The notes below the pieces were generated by a model. That model did no database searches. It was not told where the DNA came from and was given only the letters and a program-made list of their open reading frames with translations. A DNA stretch of 32,000 bases from Idiomarina loihiensis L2TR (lineage in GTDB: Bacteria; Pseudomonadota; Gammaproteobacteria; Enterobacterales; Alteromonadaceae), in the NCBI RefSeq assembly GCF_000008465.1, contig NC_006512.1, forward strand, positions 630,001 to 662,000. Direction: 5' to 3'. Both the position numbers and the translations under genes were made by a program. Below, in pieces: positions 1 through 8,375 of this stretch; the stretch's first letter is position 1; each line of letters starts with the position of its first letter.

Positions 1-14
1 TCTCATCAGGCTAC
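1..14. repeat. Truncated right arm of a family-1 GTAG-hairpin repeat (..CATCAGGCTAC), cut by the window edge
   Basis: TCTCATCAGGCTAC matches the ..CAGGCTAC terminus of the full copies at 2661-2684, 3497-3518 and 8410-8431. The downstream flank CAGGCTACGAAA is also seen at 8424-8435. Confidence 0.6.
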
Positions 15-40
15 GAAAATGATAAAATTAGGTGTTTAAA

Positions 41-2617
41 ATGAAAAAGACAGTCGCCGCAGTGCTAATGGCTTTAGCTCCGGTATTTGCCTTAGCACAA
101 AGCCTTGGCGACAAAATTGAACTATCCGTAAACAATCAGGTTATTGAAGCGACTCTGGCCGAGCCTTTGTCGTCGGGAAACAGTTATCGACTCACTTTTG
201 AAGACCGCTATGGTGACACTCAGCATTTAGGTTTTTTGCATAAGCGTGGCGATAACCAGCTTATTTCCATTACGCATCCCGATGTGGGGGAAGTGGAAAT
301 TCGTCGCGTAAACGGTAAAACCTATATTAATCAAAGAAACCGAACACCATCGGAGCCGTTAAAACCTAAGAGTCGGACAGAACCACAACAACTGGAAAAA
401 CAGCTTCAGCTAGCTCCTGCTCCGCGTAAAGCGGCACTGACGAAAGCCAACAACGCTCAAATAACCTCCCTGGTGACTCAGTTCGATAACAACGTTGACG
501 TGTTATTTCTGTACGACGAACGCTTATTGGGCTATGCCGATGATAAAGGTTACGATTTAGCTTTACGCATTGAAGCCGCCGTGAGCACAAGTAACTCTAT
601 TTTTGAACGTTCACAATTACCCGTTGAAATGTCTGTGGCCGGTGTTAGTTTTTTCAATCCGGCATCTACCACTAGCTTTCCGACAGAAGACCCTAACGCG
701 ATTATTGATGAACTGGTTGATGATCAGCGGGTTCGCCGGTTGATGGATCGCTATCAGGCCGATGTCGTCCATTTTATTGGCGCTGAAAACCCCACTGTTT
801 GCGGCCTGGCTTTTGTTGCTACCGACTTTAATGTCAGTGACAACTTAGTGAATAGGGTGAGCGGCGCCGCGGGTGCAGGTTATACTGCATTATCCTGTAC
901 GGGCACGGGAACTGTTGCGCACGAGGTTGGGCATAACTTCGGACTCAATCATGACCGCTATACCTTGGCCGACAATGCGAGTGGCGGTGGCGGTGATCAG
1001 AAGGATTACCATATTCCTTACGGCTTTATTGAAGATAGCGGACTTTTTTACACGACCATGTCATACGGCAGTGTCTGTCGGAGTGAATTTGGTAGCGGTG
1101 CCGTCTGTCGGGATGAAGCTGTCTACTCCAGCCCCGATATAGTAGATAGTGACTCTGGACTGCCAATGGGTAAAGCTGAGTCTCAAATTGATGCGGCTGA
1201 TGCCAGTACGGCGGCTCAGCGCAGCACGGTGGTTTGGGCTAATAATGCGTCACGCACTAATGTGAATGCTATGGCAGCCAGTCGCTCCGGCAATTCCGAG
1301 CTAACTTTAAGTTGGCCGGCGGTTGCTAATGCCGACCGCTATGCATTAGCCGGTGGGCGCTGCGAACAGTATGAGTCTGTAAGTCGTGAAGCTCTTTTGG
1401 ACTTGCAAAGCTTTAGTGTGAACTCGGTTGCTTTAGGCGGCATACCCAACGGCTCAACCGATATCTGCATTATCGCGATAGAGGAACTGACCAACGGTGC
1501 TGTTCGCTGGCGTTTTGTCAGCAATAGTAGCTTTAGTGGTAACTTCTCGAATACTAATGCAAATTACCTGTTACTGAATAGCAATGTGATGGGCTTGGTG
1601 GAAGCCGGAGATCAGGCCAGCTTTACTATTGAGCTATCGGATGCCGATACCAGTAACCAGTCATTACAGATGGCTGTTCCGACAACCGCTAGTGGCACTT
1701 CGGTGAGTCAGGACGTGGGTATAGCAACTGCCGGACAATGGTTTGACTGGGTTGTCAGCGGTAGTGGCAACACACGTATGATGACGGTAACTTTAAAGAC
1801 CGATATTGAAGAGATTGCGGCAAGCCTGGATAAAGACACTATTTTTAATCCGTTCCACTTGCGTTTAAAAGTGGTGAATACCGCTTTTAACGATTTTAAT
1901 ATTTCCAGCGGACTGTGGAATGACCCTTCTAGTATGGTTGGCTCGCGTCCGCAGGCTTTTTTAAGTTCGGGTGATACGGTTGGCGAACTGGAGGTGCTGG
2001 ATACTCAGCTGAGCCTGTTTAACGTCAGTAACGATGTGGCTGTTTCAGTAGTTAATTTAGACGATGACCTTGTCCGTGACTTTAGCTTTAACGAGGTGAG
2101 CGGTGCTGTTGATGGTGAGCGACGCTTCGTTATAGAAGGAATTGCCGGTATTGTGGATTCGGAGCAGACTGCCATACTGAGAATAGACTTCAGCGACGGC
2201 AGTGACAGCCTGAGAGTTGCGTTAACGGTTGAACCCCGGGCTATTGCGCCGACCATAGTTGGTTTTACAGCAACTGGCACCACGGTAGGGCAAACGGTTC
2301 GCCTTGCGGCAACAGTGACTGATGCTGACTTGAATCTTGACCCGGATAGCTTGCGGTTGTTCAGGGTAATGGAGAGTAGCGAAGAGGAAGTAACGGGTTT
2401 TAGTTTTAATGATGGCGCATTCAGTGCCTCGTTGGGGCAACTTGCGGCGGGAACTTACCAGTACCGGTTAAATGTAAATGATACCGAGGGTAATACGCAG
2501 TCGGCGACCGCTCGCTTCACCGTTGCCGCAGCTGACTCTGGCAGTAGCGGCGGCCATGCAGGTTGGCTGGTGGTGCTGGGGCTTGTGGCTATGGGGCTAC
2601 GCAAACGCGTAGCCTGA
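41..2617 (+). CDS. Secreted reprolysin-like (M12B-type metzincin) zinc metalloprotease with Ig-like C-terminal domains and a GlyGly-CTERM-type sorting tail
   Basis: The ORF track gives 32..2617, but I prefer the ATG at 41 (MKKTVAAVLMALAPVFALAQS signal peptide) with AGGTG 6 nt upstream. HEVGHNFGLNHD fits the HExxHxxGxxHD metzincin motif. The C terminus SGSSGGHAGWLVVLGLVAMGLRKRVA has a Gly-rich stretch, a TM helix and basic residues, resembling rhombosortase substrates. Confidence 0.8.
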   Translation: MKKTVAAVLMALAPVFALAQSLGDKIELSVNNQVIEATLAEPLSSGNSYRLTFEDRYGDTQHLGFLHKRGDNQLISITHPDVGEVEIRRVNGKTYINQRNRTPSEPLKPKSRTEPQQLEKQLQLAPAPRKAALTKANNAQITSLVTQFDNNVDVLFLYDERLLGYADDKGYDLALRIEAAVSTSNSIFERSQLPVEMSVAGVSFFNPASTTSFPTEDPNAIIDELVDDQRVRRLMDRYQADVVHFIGAENPTVCGLAFVATDFNVSDNLVNRVSGAAGAGYTALSCTGTGTVAHEVGHNFGLNHDRYTLADNASGGGGDQKDYHIPYGFIEDSGLFYTTMSYGSVCRSEFGSGAVCRDEAVYSSPDIVDSDSGLPMGKAESQIDAADASTAAQRSTVVWANNASRTNVNAMAASRSGNSELTLSWPAVANADRYALAGGRCEQYESVSREALLDLQSFSVNSVALGGIPNGSTDICIIAIEELTNGAVRWRFVSNSSFSGNFSNTNANYLLLNSNVMGLVEAGDQASFTIELSDADTSNQSLQMAVPTTASGTSVSQDVGIATAGQWFDWVVSGSGNTRMMTVTLKTDIEEIAASLDKDTIFNPFHLRLKVVNTAFNDFNISSGLWNDPSSMVGSRPQAFLSSGDTVGELEVLDTQLSLFNVSNDVAVSVVNLDDDLVRDFSFNEVSGAVDGERRFVIEGIAGIVDSEQTAILRIDFSDGSDSLRVALTVEPRAIAPTIVGFTATGTTVGQTVRLAATVTDADLNLDPDSLRLFRVMESSEEEVTGFSFNDGAFSASLGQLAAGTYQYRLNVNDTEGNTQSATARFTVAAADSGSSGGHAGWLVVLGLVAMGLRKRVA

Positions 2618-2684
2618 CATTCGTTGATGTAGCCTGACATTTATGTCAGGTGAAATATTGTTCCTGACATAAATGTCAGGCTAC
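2609..2684. repeat. Family-1 REPIN-like element: an extra half-site (2609-2620) plus a full inverted doublet (2629-2684)
   Basis: GTAGCCTGACATTTATGTCAGG - 12-nt spacer - CCTGACATAAATGTCAGGCTAC. Each arm is a GTAG tetranucleotide followed by a hairpin (CCTGACAT/ATGTCAGG). It lies between the convergent protease and rfaH genes and contains both of their stop codons. Confidence 0.85.
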
Positions 2685-3178
2685 TGAAATTGAAGTTCCT
2701 TGTAGCTGAAGTTGGCTTTGACTTCTTTTTGCATCCATTCCAGCATAACGAAACAGCGTGATTCACCGTCCAGCTTAACAATTTTAGCAAGGAATCCACG
2801 GAAAGGGCCTTGCTGAATTTCGACCGTGTCGCCTATTTGAGGTGCCTGTTCATCGGTCAGTTGGTCAACCCCTCGCATTTGGTCAATCCAGCGTTGTGGA
2901 ACCTTCGGAATGTTGTCGCCAAAACGCAGAACACCAGCGACACCATAAGTACTACGAAGTTTGTAGAACTGTTCAATAATGTCATCGGGTTTTACGAACA
3001 CATAGCCCGGAAACATACGCTCAACGACTGAGGTACGCACACCCCGACGAACCTTTTTTACGGTTAACTCGGGCGCGAAAACACCGAACCCCTGGTTCTC
3101 CAGATTCAGTATGGCGCGTTCTTCCTGCTTAGGCTTGGTTCGTACTATGTACCAAACGTCAGATTCGAGCTCATTCAT
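2681..3178 (-). CDS. rfaH: RfaH/NusG-family transcription antitermination protein
   Basis: 165 aa. It has an N-terminal NGN-like WYIVRTKPKQEERA..FPGYVFV region and a C-terminal KOW-like GDTVEIQQGPFRGFLAKIV region, with size and layout like E. coli RfaH. ATG start at 3178. Confidence 0.8.
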   Translation of the reverse strand: MNELESDVWYIVRTKPKQEERAILNLENQGFGVFAPELTVKKVRRGVRTSVVERMFPGYVFVKPDDIIEQFYKLRSTYGVAGVLRFGDNIPKVPQRWIDQMRGVDQLTDEQAPQIGDTVEIQQGPFRGFLAKIVKLDGESRCFVMLEWMQKEVKANFSYKELQFQ

Positions 3179-3328
3179 AACAGGTCCTTTTGTGCGTCGG
3201 CCGCTGATCTTTCCACATTAGCCAAAGTTACGCAAATTAGGCTGGTAAGCTAGCATAAAGTCGTTGCAAAAAATGGGTATGGCACGGTAAGCTAATTATG
3301 CACTTCAACGCAATAAAGGCCAAAGTCT

Positions 3329-3466
3329 ATGCGAGCCAACCGCCTCAGACGTGAAAATAATTCCCGCCGCCGCGCTGTTATCCGTAAGCGCAGACAACGT
3401 ATCATCGATAGACGCGAAAAGTGGTTTCGCATAGTGAACCGCGAAGGTACAGCCAAAGTCGAGTAG
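3329..3466 (+). CDS. Speculative 45-aa arginine-rich small ORF (MRANRLRRENNSRRRAVIRKRRQRIIDRREKWFRIVNREGTAKVE)
   Basis: Hand translation, not in the ORF track because it is under 60 aa. ATG at 3329 has AAGG about 9 nt upstream. 15 of 45 residues are Arg, and the TAG stop is the GTAG of the following repeat. I recognise no family. Confidence 0.25.
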   Translation: MRANRLRRENNSRRRAVIRKRRQRIIDRREKWFRIVNREGTAKVE

Positions 3467-3518
3467 CCTGATGTTCACGTCAGGTTCGATATTCCACCTG
3501 ACATAAATGTCAGGCTAC
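3463..3518. repeat. Family-1 REPIN-like inverted doublet
   Basis: GTAGCCTGATGTTCACGTCAGG - TTCGATATTCCA - CCTGACATAAATGTCAGGCTAC. Confidence 0.85.
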
Positions 3519-3526
3519 TGTATAAT
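3498..3526 (+). promoter_or_regulatory. Putative sigma70 promoter of purL: CTGACA-N17-TATAAT
   Basis: CTGACA lies at 3498-3503 inside the right repeat arm. A 17-nt spacer separates it from a perfect TATAAT at 3521-3526. GGAG (3552-3555) and a GTG start (3565) follow. Confidence 0.5.
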
Positions 3527-3564
3527 CTGCCAGCAAAAATCGCCCAGCTTTGGAGACCTTGCTT

Positions 3565-6500
3565 GTGGAAATCTACCGCGGTGCACCTGCCTTATCAGCC
3601 TTCAAAACAACGAAGCAACTTGAACAACTGAAACAGGCAGGAATTCCTGTCAAAGAGCTTTATGCCGAGTATCAGCACTTTGTTGATTTGCATAATGAAC
3701 TGAGCGACGAACACCGTTCCGTACTGGTTCAATTACTGAAGTACGGCCCTGAAATGCCGGCACACGAGCCTCAAGGTGCTCTGGTATTGGTTACTCCCCG
3801 CATTGGTACTATTTCCCCTTGGGCTTCAAAGGCCACTGACATTGCCCACAACTGTGGCTTGAAAAGTATTCATCGTGTTGAGCGTGGCGTGGCTTTCTAT
3901 TTGCAGGGCGACTTGTCGGCTGAAGAGCTGAAGCAAGCGGCGTTACTGTTGCATGATCGTATGACCGAAAGTGTATTGTACGATATGAACGACGCGCAGC
4001 AGCTATTCCGCTCGCAGGAACCGCAGCCTTTGTCTTCGGTGGACATTCTGGCAGGCGGCCGTGAAGCATTGGCACAGGCCAATATCAGCTTAGGTCTGGC
4101 TCTGGCCGATGACGAAATTGATTATCTGGTAGAAAATTTCCGCAAGCTGGATCGTAACCCTAACGACATTGAGCTTTATATGTTTGCCCAGGCAAACTCT
4201 GAGCACTGTCGTCACAAGATTTTTAACGCCGACTGGACCATAGACGGCGCGGAACAGCCTAAGTCGCTGTTCAAAATGATTAAAAACACCTTTGAAACCA
4301 CACCTGACTACGTATTGTCGGCCTACAAAGACAACGCGGCCGTTATGGAAGGCCATGAAGCCGGACGTTTCTATCCTCAACCGGACAGCATGAGCTATGG
4401 CTACAGCCACGAGCCGGTGCATATTCTGATGAAAGTGGAAACTCATAACCACCCAACCGCTATTTCTCCTTACCCGGGTGCGGCAACCGGCTCCGGCGGC
4501 GAAATTCGCGATGAAGGCGCTACGGGTGTTGGTTCTAAACCTAAAGCTGGCCTGGTGGGCTTCAGCGTTTCTAACCTGAACATTCCGGGCTTTAAGCAGC
4601 CGTGGGAAGAGAACTACGGCAAACCAGCGCGTATTGTTTCGGCACTGGATATTATGCTGGAAGGCCCATTAGGCGGTGCCGCCTTTAATAATGAATTTGG
4701 TCGTCCGGCGCTGACCGGTTATTTCCGTACCTACGAACAAACGGTCGACAGCCACAATGGACGCGAGACTCGCGGTTACCATAAGCCAATTATGATTGCC
4801 GGTGGTTTGGGTAATATTCGTGAAGCCCATGTACAAAAAGGTGATATTCCGGTTGGCGCTAAGCTAGTTGTACTAGGTGGCCCGGCTATGAACATTGGGT
4901 TAGGTGGCGGCGCAGCATCGTCTATGGCGTCGGGCGAGTCGACCGAAGATTTAGATTTTGCTTCAGTGCAACGCGAAAACCCGGAAATGGAACGCCGTTG
5001 TCAGGAAGTGATTGACCGCTGCTGGCAGCTAGGTGCCGATAACCCTATTGCCTTTATTCACGACGTAGGCGCTGGTGGCCTGTCGAATGCGATGCCGGAA
5101 CTGGTTAGTGATGGTGGTCGTGGTGGTCGCTTTGAACTGCGCGAAATACCAAACGATGAACCGGGTATGACACCGCTGGAAATTTGGTGCAACGAGTCGC
5201 AGGAACGTTACGTTATTGCCATTGCACCGGAAAACCTGGCGCGTTTTGAAGCCTTGTGTGAGCGCGAGCGTGCGGAGTACGCGGTTATTGGTGAAGCGAC
5301 TGAAGAGCTTACTATTTTACTGAACGACGCCAAGTTCTCGAATCAGCCAATTGATTTGTCGTTGGACGTGCTGTTAGGCAAGCCGCCGAAGATGCACCGC
5401 GACGTGGCTCGCTTACAGACTGAGGGTACGCCACTACACCTGGAAGCCGCTGATTTGAATGACGCCGCTGACCGTTTATTGCGCTTACCGGCCATTGCTG
5501 AGAAAACCTTCTTAATTACCATTGGTGATCGCAGTGTGACAGGCCTGGTTGCCCGTGACCAGATGGTGGGTCCGTGGCAGATACCGGTGGCGGACGTTGC
5601 GGTAACCGCGTCCAGTTATGATAGCTACCACGGTGAAGCGATGGCTATGGGTGAGCGCACACCGCTGGCGTTACTGAACTTTGGTGCTTCGGCCCGCATG
5701 GCAGTAGCAGAGTCTTTGACTAATATTGCCGCTGCGGACATTGGCGATTTGAAACGCATTAAATTATCCGCCAACTGGATGTGCGCAGCTGGTCATCCGG
5801 GTGAAGACGCAGGTCTGTATGAGGCCGTTAAAGCCGTCGGTGAAGAGCTGTGTCCTGAACTGGGTATTACTATTCCGGTAGGTAAAGATTCGATGTCGAT
5901 GAAAACTCAGTGGCAGCAAGACGGCGAAGACAAAGCTGTGACCGCGCCAATGAGTCTGGTTATTACGGCGTTTGGCAGGGTGAATGACATTCGCTCGACG
6001 TTGACACCGCAGTTGCGCACCGACAAAGGTCAGTCGCATCTGGTGCTGATTGATTTAGGTAAAGGCCAGAACCGTTTAGGCGGCTCTGCACTGGCGCAGG
6101 TGTACCAGCAACTGGGGCAACACACGCCAGACTTAGACGACACTGAAACCTTTAAAGCCTTCTTTAACACCACACAGCAATTGGTGACCGAAGGGCGTTT
6201 ACTGGCCTACCACGACCGTTCGGACGGTGGTTTATTCACTACTGTTGCGGAAATGGCCTTTGCCGGTAACTGTGGTGCTAAAGTGGCACTGGACGAATTA
6301 GGCGAGGATAACTTAGCGACTCTGTTCAACGAAGAGCTGGGTGCTGTTATTCAGGTTAGTGACGAGCAGTACCAAAAAGTCATGGACGCCTATAAAACCG
6401 CTGGTTTGGGCGACTGTGTGAAACGCATTGGTGAGCCAACGCATGAAGATGCCATTGTCTTTACCCGTGACGAACAGAATGTATTAGCCCAGAGCCGTAC

Positions 6501-7452
6501 GCACTGGCGTACGGTATGGGCAGAAACGACGCACCACATGCAGCGCCTGCGTGACAACCCAGTGTGTGCTGACGAAGAATTCCGTCTGAAACAACGTGCC
6601 GATAACCCGGGTTTACTGGCCGACTTAACTTTTGATCCTTCTGAGGATATTGCTGCGCCTTATATTGCTAAAGGTGTTGCGCCGAAAGTGGCGATTCTGC
6701 GTGAGCAGGGTGTGAATTCGCATTATGAAATGGCAGCCGCCTTTGACCGTGCTGGTTTTGAAGCTGTTGATGTTCATATGAGCGATATTCTGGCGGGTCG
6801 TGTCTCGCTGGAAGACATGCAGGCACTGGCGGCTTGTGGTGGCTTCTCTTACGGTGACGTTTTAGGTGCCGGTGAGGGCTGGGCTAAATCGATTTTATTC
6901 AACGACCGTGCGCGCGAGCAGTTTGAAGCTTTCTTTAAGCGCAACGATACGTTGGCTCTGGGTGTGTGTAATGGCTGTCAGATGCTGTCGACACTGAAGC
7001 AGTTAATTCCGGGAACCGAGCATTGGCCGCGTTTTGTAACCAACCGCAGTGAGCGTTTTGAAGCGCGCTTTAGCCTGGTGGAAGTGCAGGAGTCTAAGTC
7101 GATTTTCCTAGGTGACATGGCGGGTTCGCGTATGCCAATTGCCGTGTCTCACGGCGAAGGCCGTGCTGAATTTGCTAACCCTCAGCAGCAATCGCAGCTG
7201 GAGCAAAATAGTCAGGTGGCTCTGCGTTACATTGATAACTGGGGCGAAGTGGCGGAGCAGTACCCGGCCAACCCGAATGGTTCACCCAAAGGCATTACCG
7301 CAGTGACCAGTGACGATGGTCGTGTGACTGCAATGATGCCACACCCTGAGCGTGTGTTCCGTACCGTAGCCAACAGCTGGCATCCGGACGAATGGGGCGA
7401 AGACAGCCCATGGATGCGCATGTTCCGCAACGCCCGTAAGCACCTCGGTTAG
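3565..7452 (+). CDS. purL: Phosphoribosylformylglycinamidine (FGAM) synthase, single-chain large form
   Basis: The protein is collinear with E. coli PurL, with a C-terminal glutamine amidotransferase domain ([11 protein letters not shown]). The ORF track starts at TTG 3550. GTG 3565 gives [14 protein letters not shown], aligning with the E. coli N terminus MMEILRGSPALSAF, and gives 1295 aa. GGAG lies 9 nt upstream. Confidence 0.97.
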   Translation: MEIYRGAPALSAFKTTKQLEQLKQAGIPVKELYAEYQHFVDLHNELSDEHRSVLVQLLKYGPEMPAHEPQGALVLVTPRIGTISPWASKATDIAHNCGLKSIHRVERGVAFYLQGDLSAEELKQAALLLHDRMTESVLYDMNDAQQLFRSQEPQPLSSVDILAGGREALAQANISLGLALADDEIDYLVENFRKLDRNPNDIELYMFAQANSEHCRHKIFNADWTIDGAEQPKSLFKMIKNTFETTPDYVLSAYKDNAAVMEGHEAGRFYPQPDSMSYGYSHEPVHILMKVETHNHPTAISPYPGAATGSGGEIRDEGATGVGSKPKAGLVGFSVSNLNIPGFKQPWEENYGKPARIVSALDIMLEGPLGGAAFNNEFGRPALTGYFRTYEQTVDSHNGRETRGYHKPIMIAGGLGNIREAHVQKGDIPVGAKLVVLGGPAMNIGLGGGAASSMASGESTEDLDFASVQRENPEMERRCQEVIDRCWQLGADNPIAFIHDVGAGGLSNAMPELVSDGGRGGRFELREIPNDEPGMTPLEIWCNESQERYVIAIAPENLARFEALCERERAEYAVIGEATEELTILLNDAKFSNQPIDLSLDVLLGKPPKMHRDVARLQTEGTPLHLEAADLNDAADRLLRLPAIAEKTFLITIGDRSVTGLVARDQMVGPWQIPVADVAVTASSYDSYHGEAMAMGERTPLALLNFGASARMAVAESLTNIAAADIGDLKRIKLSANWMCAAGHPGEDAGLYEAVKAVGEELCPELGITIPVGKDSMSMKTQWQQDGEDKAVTAPMSLVITAFGRVNDIRSTLTPQLRTDKGQSHLVLIDLGKGQNRLGGSALAQVYQQLGQHTPDLDDTETFKAFFNTTQQLVTEGRLLAYHDRSDGGLFTTVAEMAFAGNCGAKVALDELGEDNLATLFNEELGAVIQVSDEQYQKVMDAYKTAGLGDCVKRIGEPTHEDAIVFTRDEQNVLAQSRTHWRTVWAETTHHMQRLRDNPVCADEEFRLKQRADNPGLLADLTFDPSEDIAAPYIAKGVAPKVAILREQGVNSHYEMAAAFDRAGFEAVDVHMSDILAGRVSLEDMQALAACGGFSYGDVLGAGEGWAKSILFNDRAREQFEAFFKRNDTLALGVCNGCQMLSTLKQLIPGTEHWPRFVTNRSERFEARFSLVEVQESKSIFLGDMAGSRMPIAVSHGEGRAEFANPQQQSQLEQNSQVALRYIDNWGEVAEQYPANPNGSPKGITAVTSDDGRVTAMMPHPERVFRTVANSWHPDEWGEDSPWMRMFRNARKHLG

Positions 7453-7636
7453 CTGGGCGGCGCTTACGGAGACGCTACGAGTTCATCCCTGAAGGCTTGA
7501 CGAAGGCCATCCATGGCCTTCGACACTCCTGCAGCAGAAAGCCCACGGGTTTGATGCCTCTTGCAGCTCGCGCTGCACACCTCCTCAATAGTCCCTGCAA
7601 CCGTTGGGCGCTCGCTATCCTGCTATCCATGGTATC
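7453..7636. repeat. Family-2 modular palindromic repeat (CCATGG-centred hairpins), copy 1
   Basis: It contains CGAAGGCCAT-CC-ATGGCCTTCG (7501-7522). By eye, 7461-7543 aligns with 12961-13043 (direct), 7462-7518 aligns with the reverse complement of 13087-13136, and 7571-7615 aligns with 13021-13065. Confidence 0.75.
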
Positions 7637-7690
7637 TCACCTGATGTGAACATCTGGTTCGCGACGTGTAGCCAGGCGTTTATGTCAGGT
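7637..7690. repeat. Degenerate or rearranged family-1 repeats
   Basis: ATCTCA + CCTGATGTGAACATCTGG (7640-7657) is the inverted form of the 31971-31992 arm with one stem mismatch. It is followed by GTAGCCAGGCGTTTATGTCAGG (7668-7689), which has a degraded left stem. Confidence 0.65.
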
Positions 7691-7966
7691 GCTGGCTGTT
7701 ATTTTTATGCCTAGAGCTTTAGTAACAGCCAGTACACTTTTAAGGGTTGGGTTGCCTTTTTCACTGAATGAACGGTATAGCTGCTCTCTGGATAGCCCAG
7801 TTTTTTGGGCTAATTCTGTCATACCTTTTGTTCTTGCCGCTATGCCAATAGCATTGGCAATGTAGCCTGCGTCTTCTGTTTCCAAAGCATCGGCAACGAA
7901 TGCCGCTACAGACTCGGCGTCGTTCAAATAAGAGGCCGCATCAAACCTTCTGAAAGTCGTTGCCAT
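7685..7966 (-). CDS. Type II antitoxin, HTH addiction-module antidote protein (HigA-like)
   Basis: 93 aa from the internal ATG (MATTFRRFDAASYLNDAESVAAFV..GMTELAQKTGLSREQLYRSFSEKGNPTLKSVLAVTKALG). This is the typical antidote-family sequence with an HTH. It lies downstream of, and overlaps by 26 nt, the toxin gene. Confidence 0.8.
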   Translation of the reverse strand: MATTFRRFDAASYLNDAESVAAFVADALETEDAGYIANAIGIAARTKGMTELAQKTGLSREQLYRSFSEKGNPTLKSVLAVTKALGIKITAST

Positions 7967-8267
7967 TGTTGTTGCTCCAATATTCGTAAAGTAAGTGTGC
8001 TCTTTTAATGTCCCTGCTTTGGCTTTTTTTATCGCCTCCGGCGAGTAACAAAATGAGCACACCCTGATCTTCATAAAAATAAACTCGGTAGCCGGAACCA
8101 AAGTGCATTCTTAATTCGCTTAGCCCATGACCAATAGGCTTCACGTCACAGGAGCTTCCTTCTATTAATCGATTAATATGCGAAATAATTCGGCCTTTGA
8201 TTGTTTGATCTTTTATACCTGACAACCATTGGTGAAATTTATTTGATTCATATATTGATAAGCTCAT
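7941..8267 (-). CDS. Type II toxin, RelE/ParE-superfamily addiction-module killer protein
   Basis: 108 aa from the first ATG (MSLSIYESNKFHQWL..DVKPIGHGLSELRMHFGSGYRVYF..LLLAGGDKKSQSRDIKRA). This matches the conserved killer-protein pattern (GxGxxELRxxxGxGYRxYF...GGDKxxQxxDI). Gene order is toxin first. I saw no clear SD. Confidence 0.8.
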   Translation of the reverse strand: MSLSIYESNKFHQWLSGIKDQTIKGRIISHINRLIEGSSCDVKPIGHGLSELRMHFGSGYRVYFYEDQGVLILLLAGGDKKSQSRDIKRAHLLYEYWSNNNGNDFQKV

Positions 8268-8375
8268 TGTAGTTTTTAAAATACACTTTAGCAAATAAGA
8301 TGGGTAAATTAGCAGAGCGGCGGAAGCTGGTATGTAAGCTGAGGATTTGAAGTAACGTAGGTGTTTAATGTTTCT

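Noticed and set aside
20-28. Extended -10-like TGATAAAAT upstream of the protease gene.
   Set aside because: Its predicted TSS would fall downstream of the AGGTG Shine-Dalgarno sequence (30-34). The -35 region is cut off by the window edge, so it cannot be evaluated.
3527-3560. PurR operator (PUR box) between the purL promoter and start codon.
   Set aside because: The best segment (CAGCAAAAATCGCCCA) matches only about 7 of 16 positions of the E. coli consensus by eye, which is not convincing.
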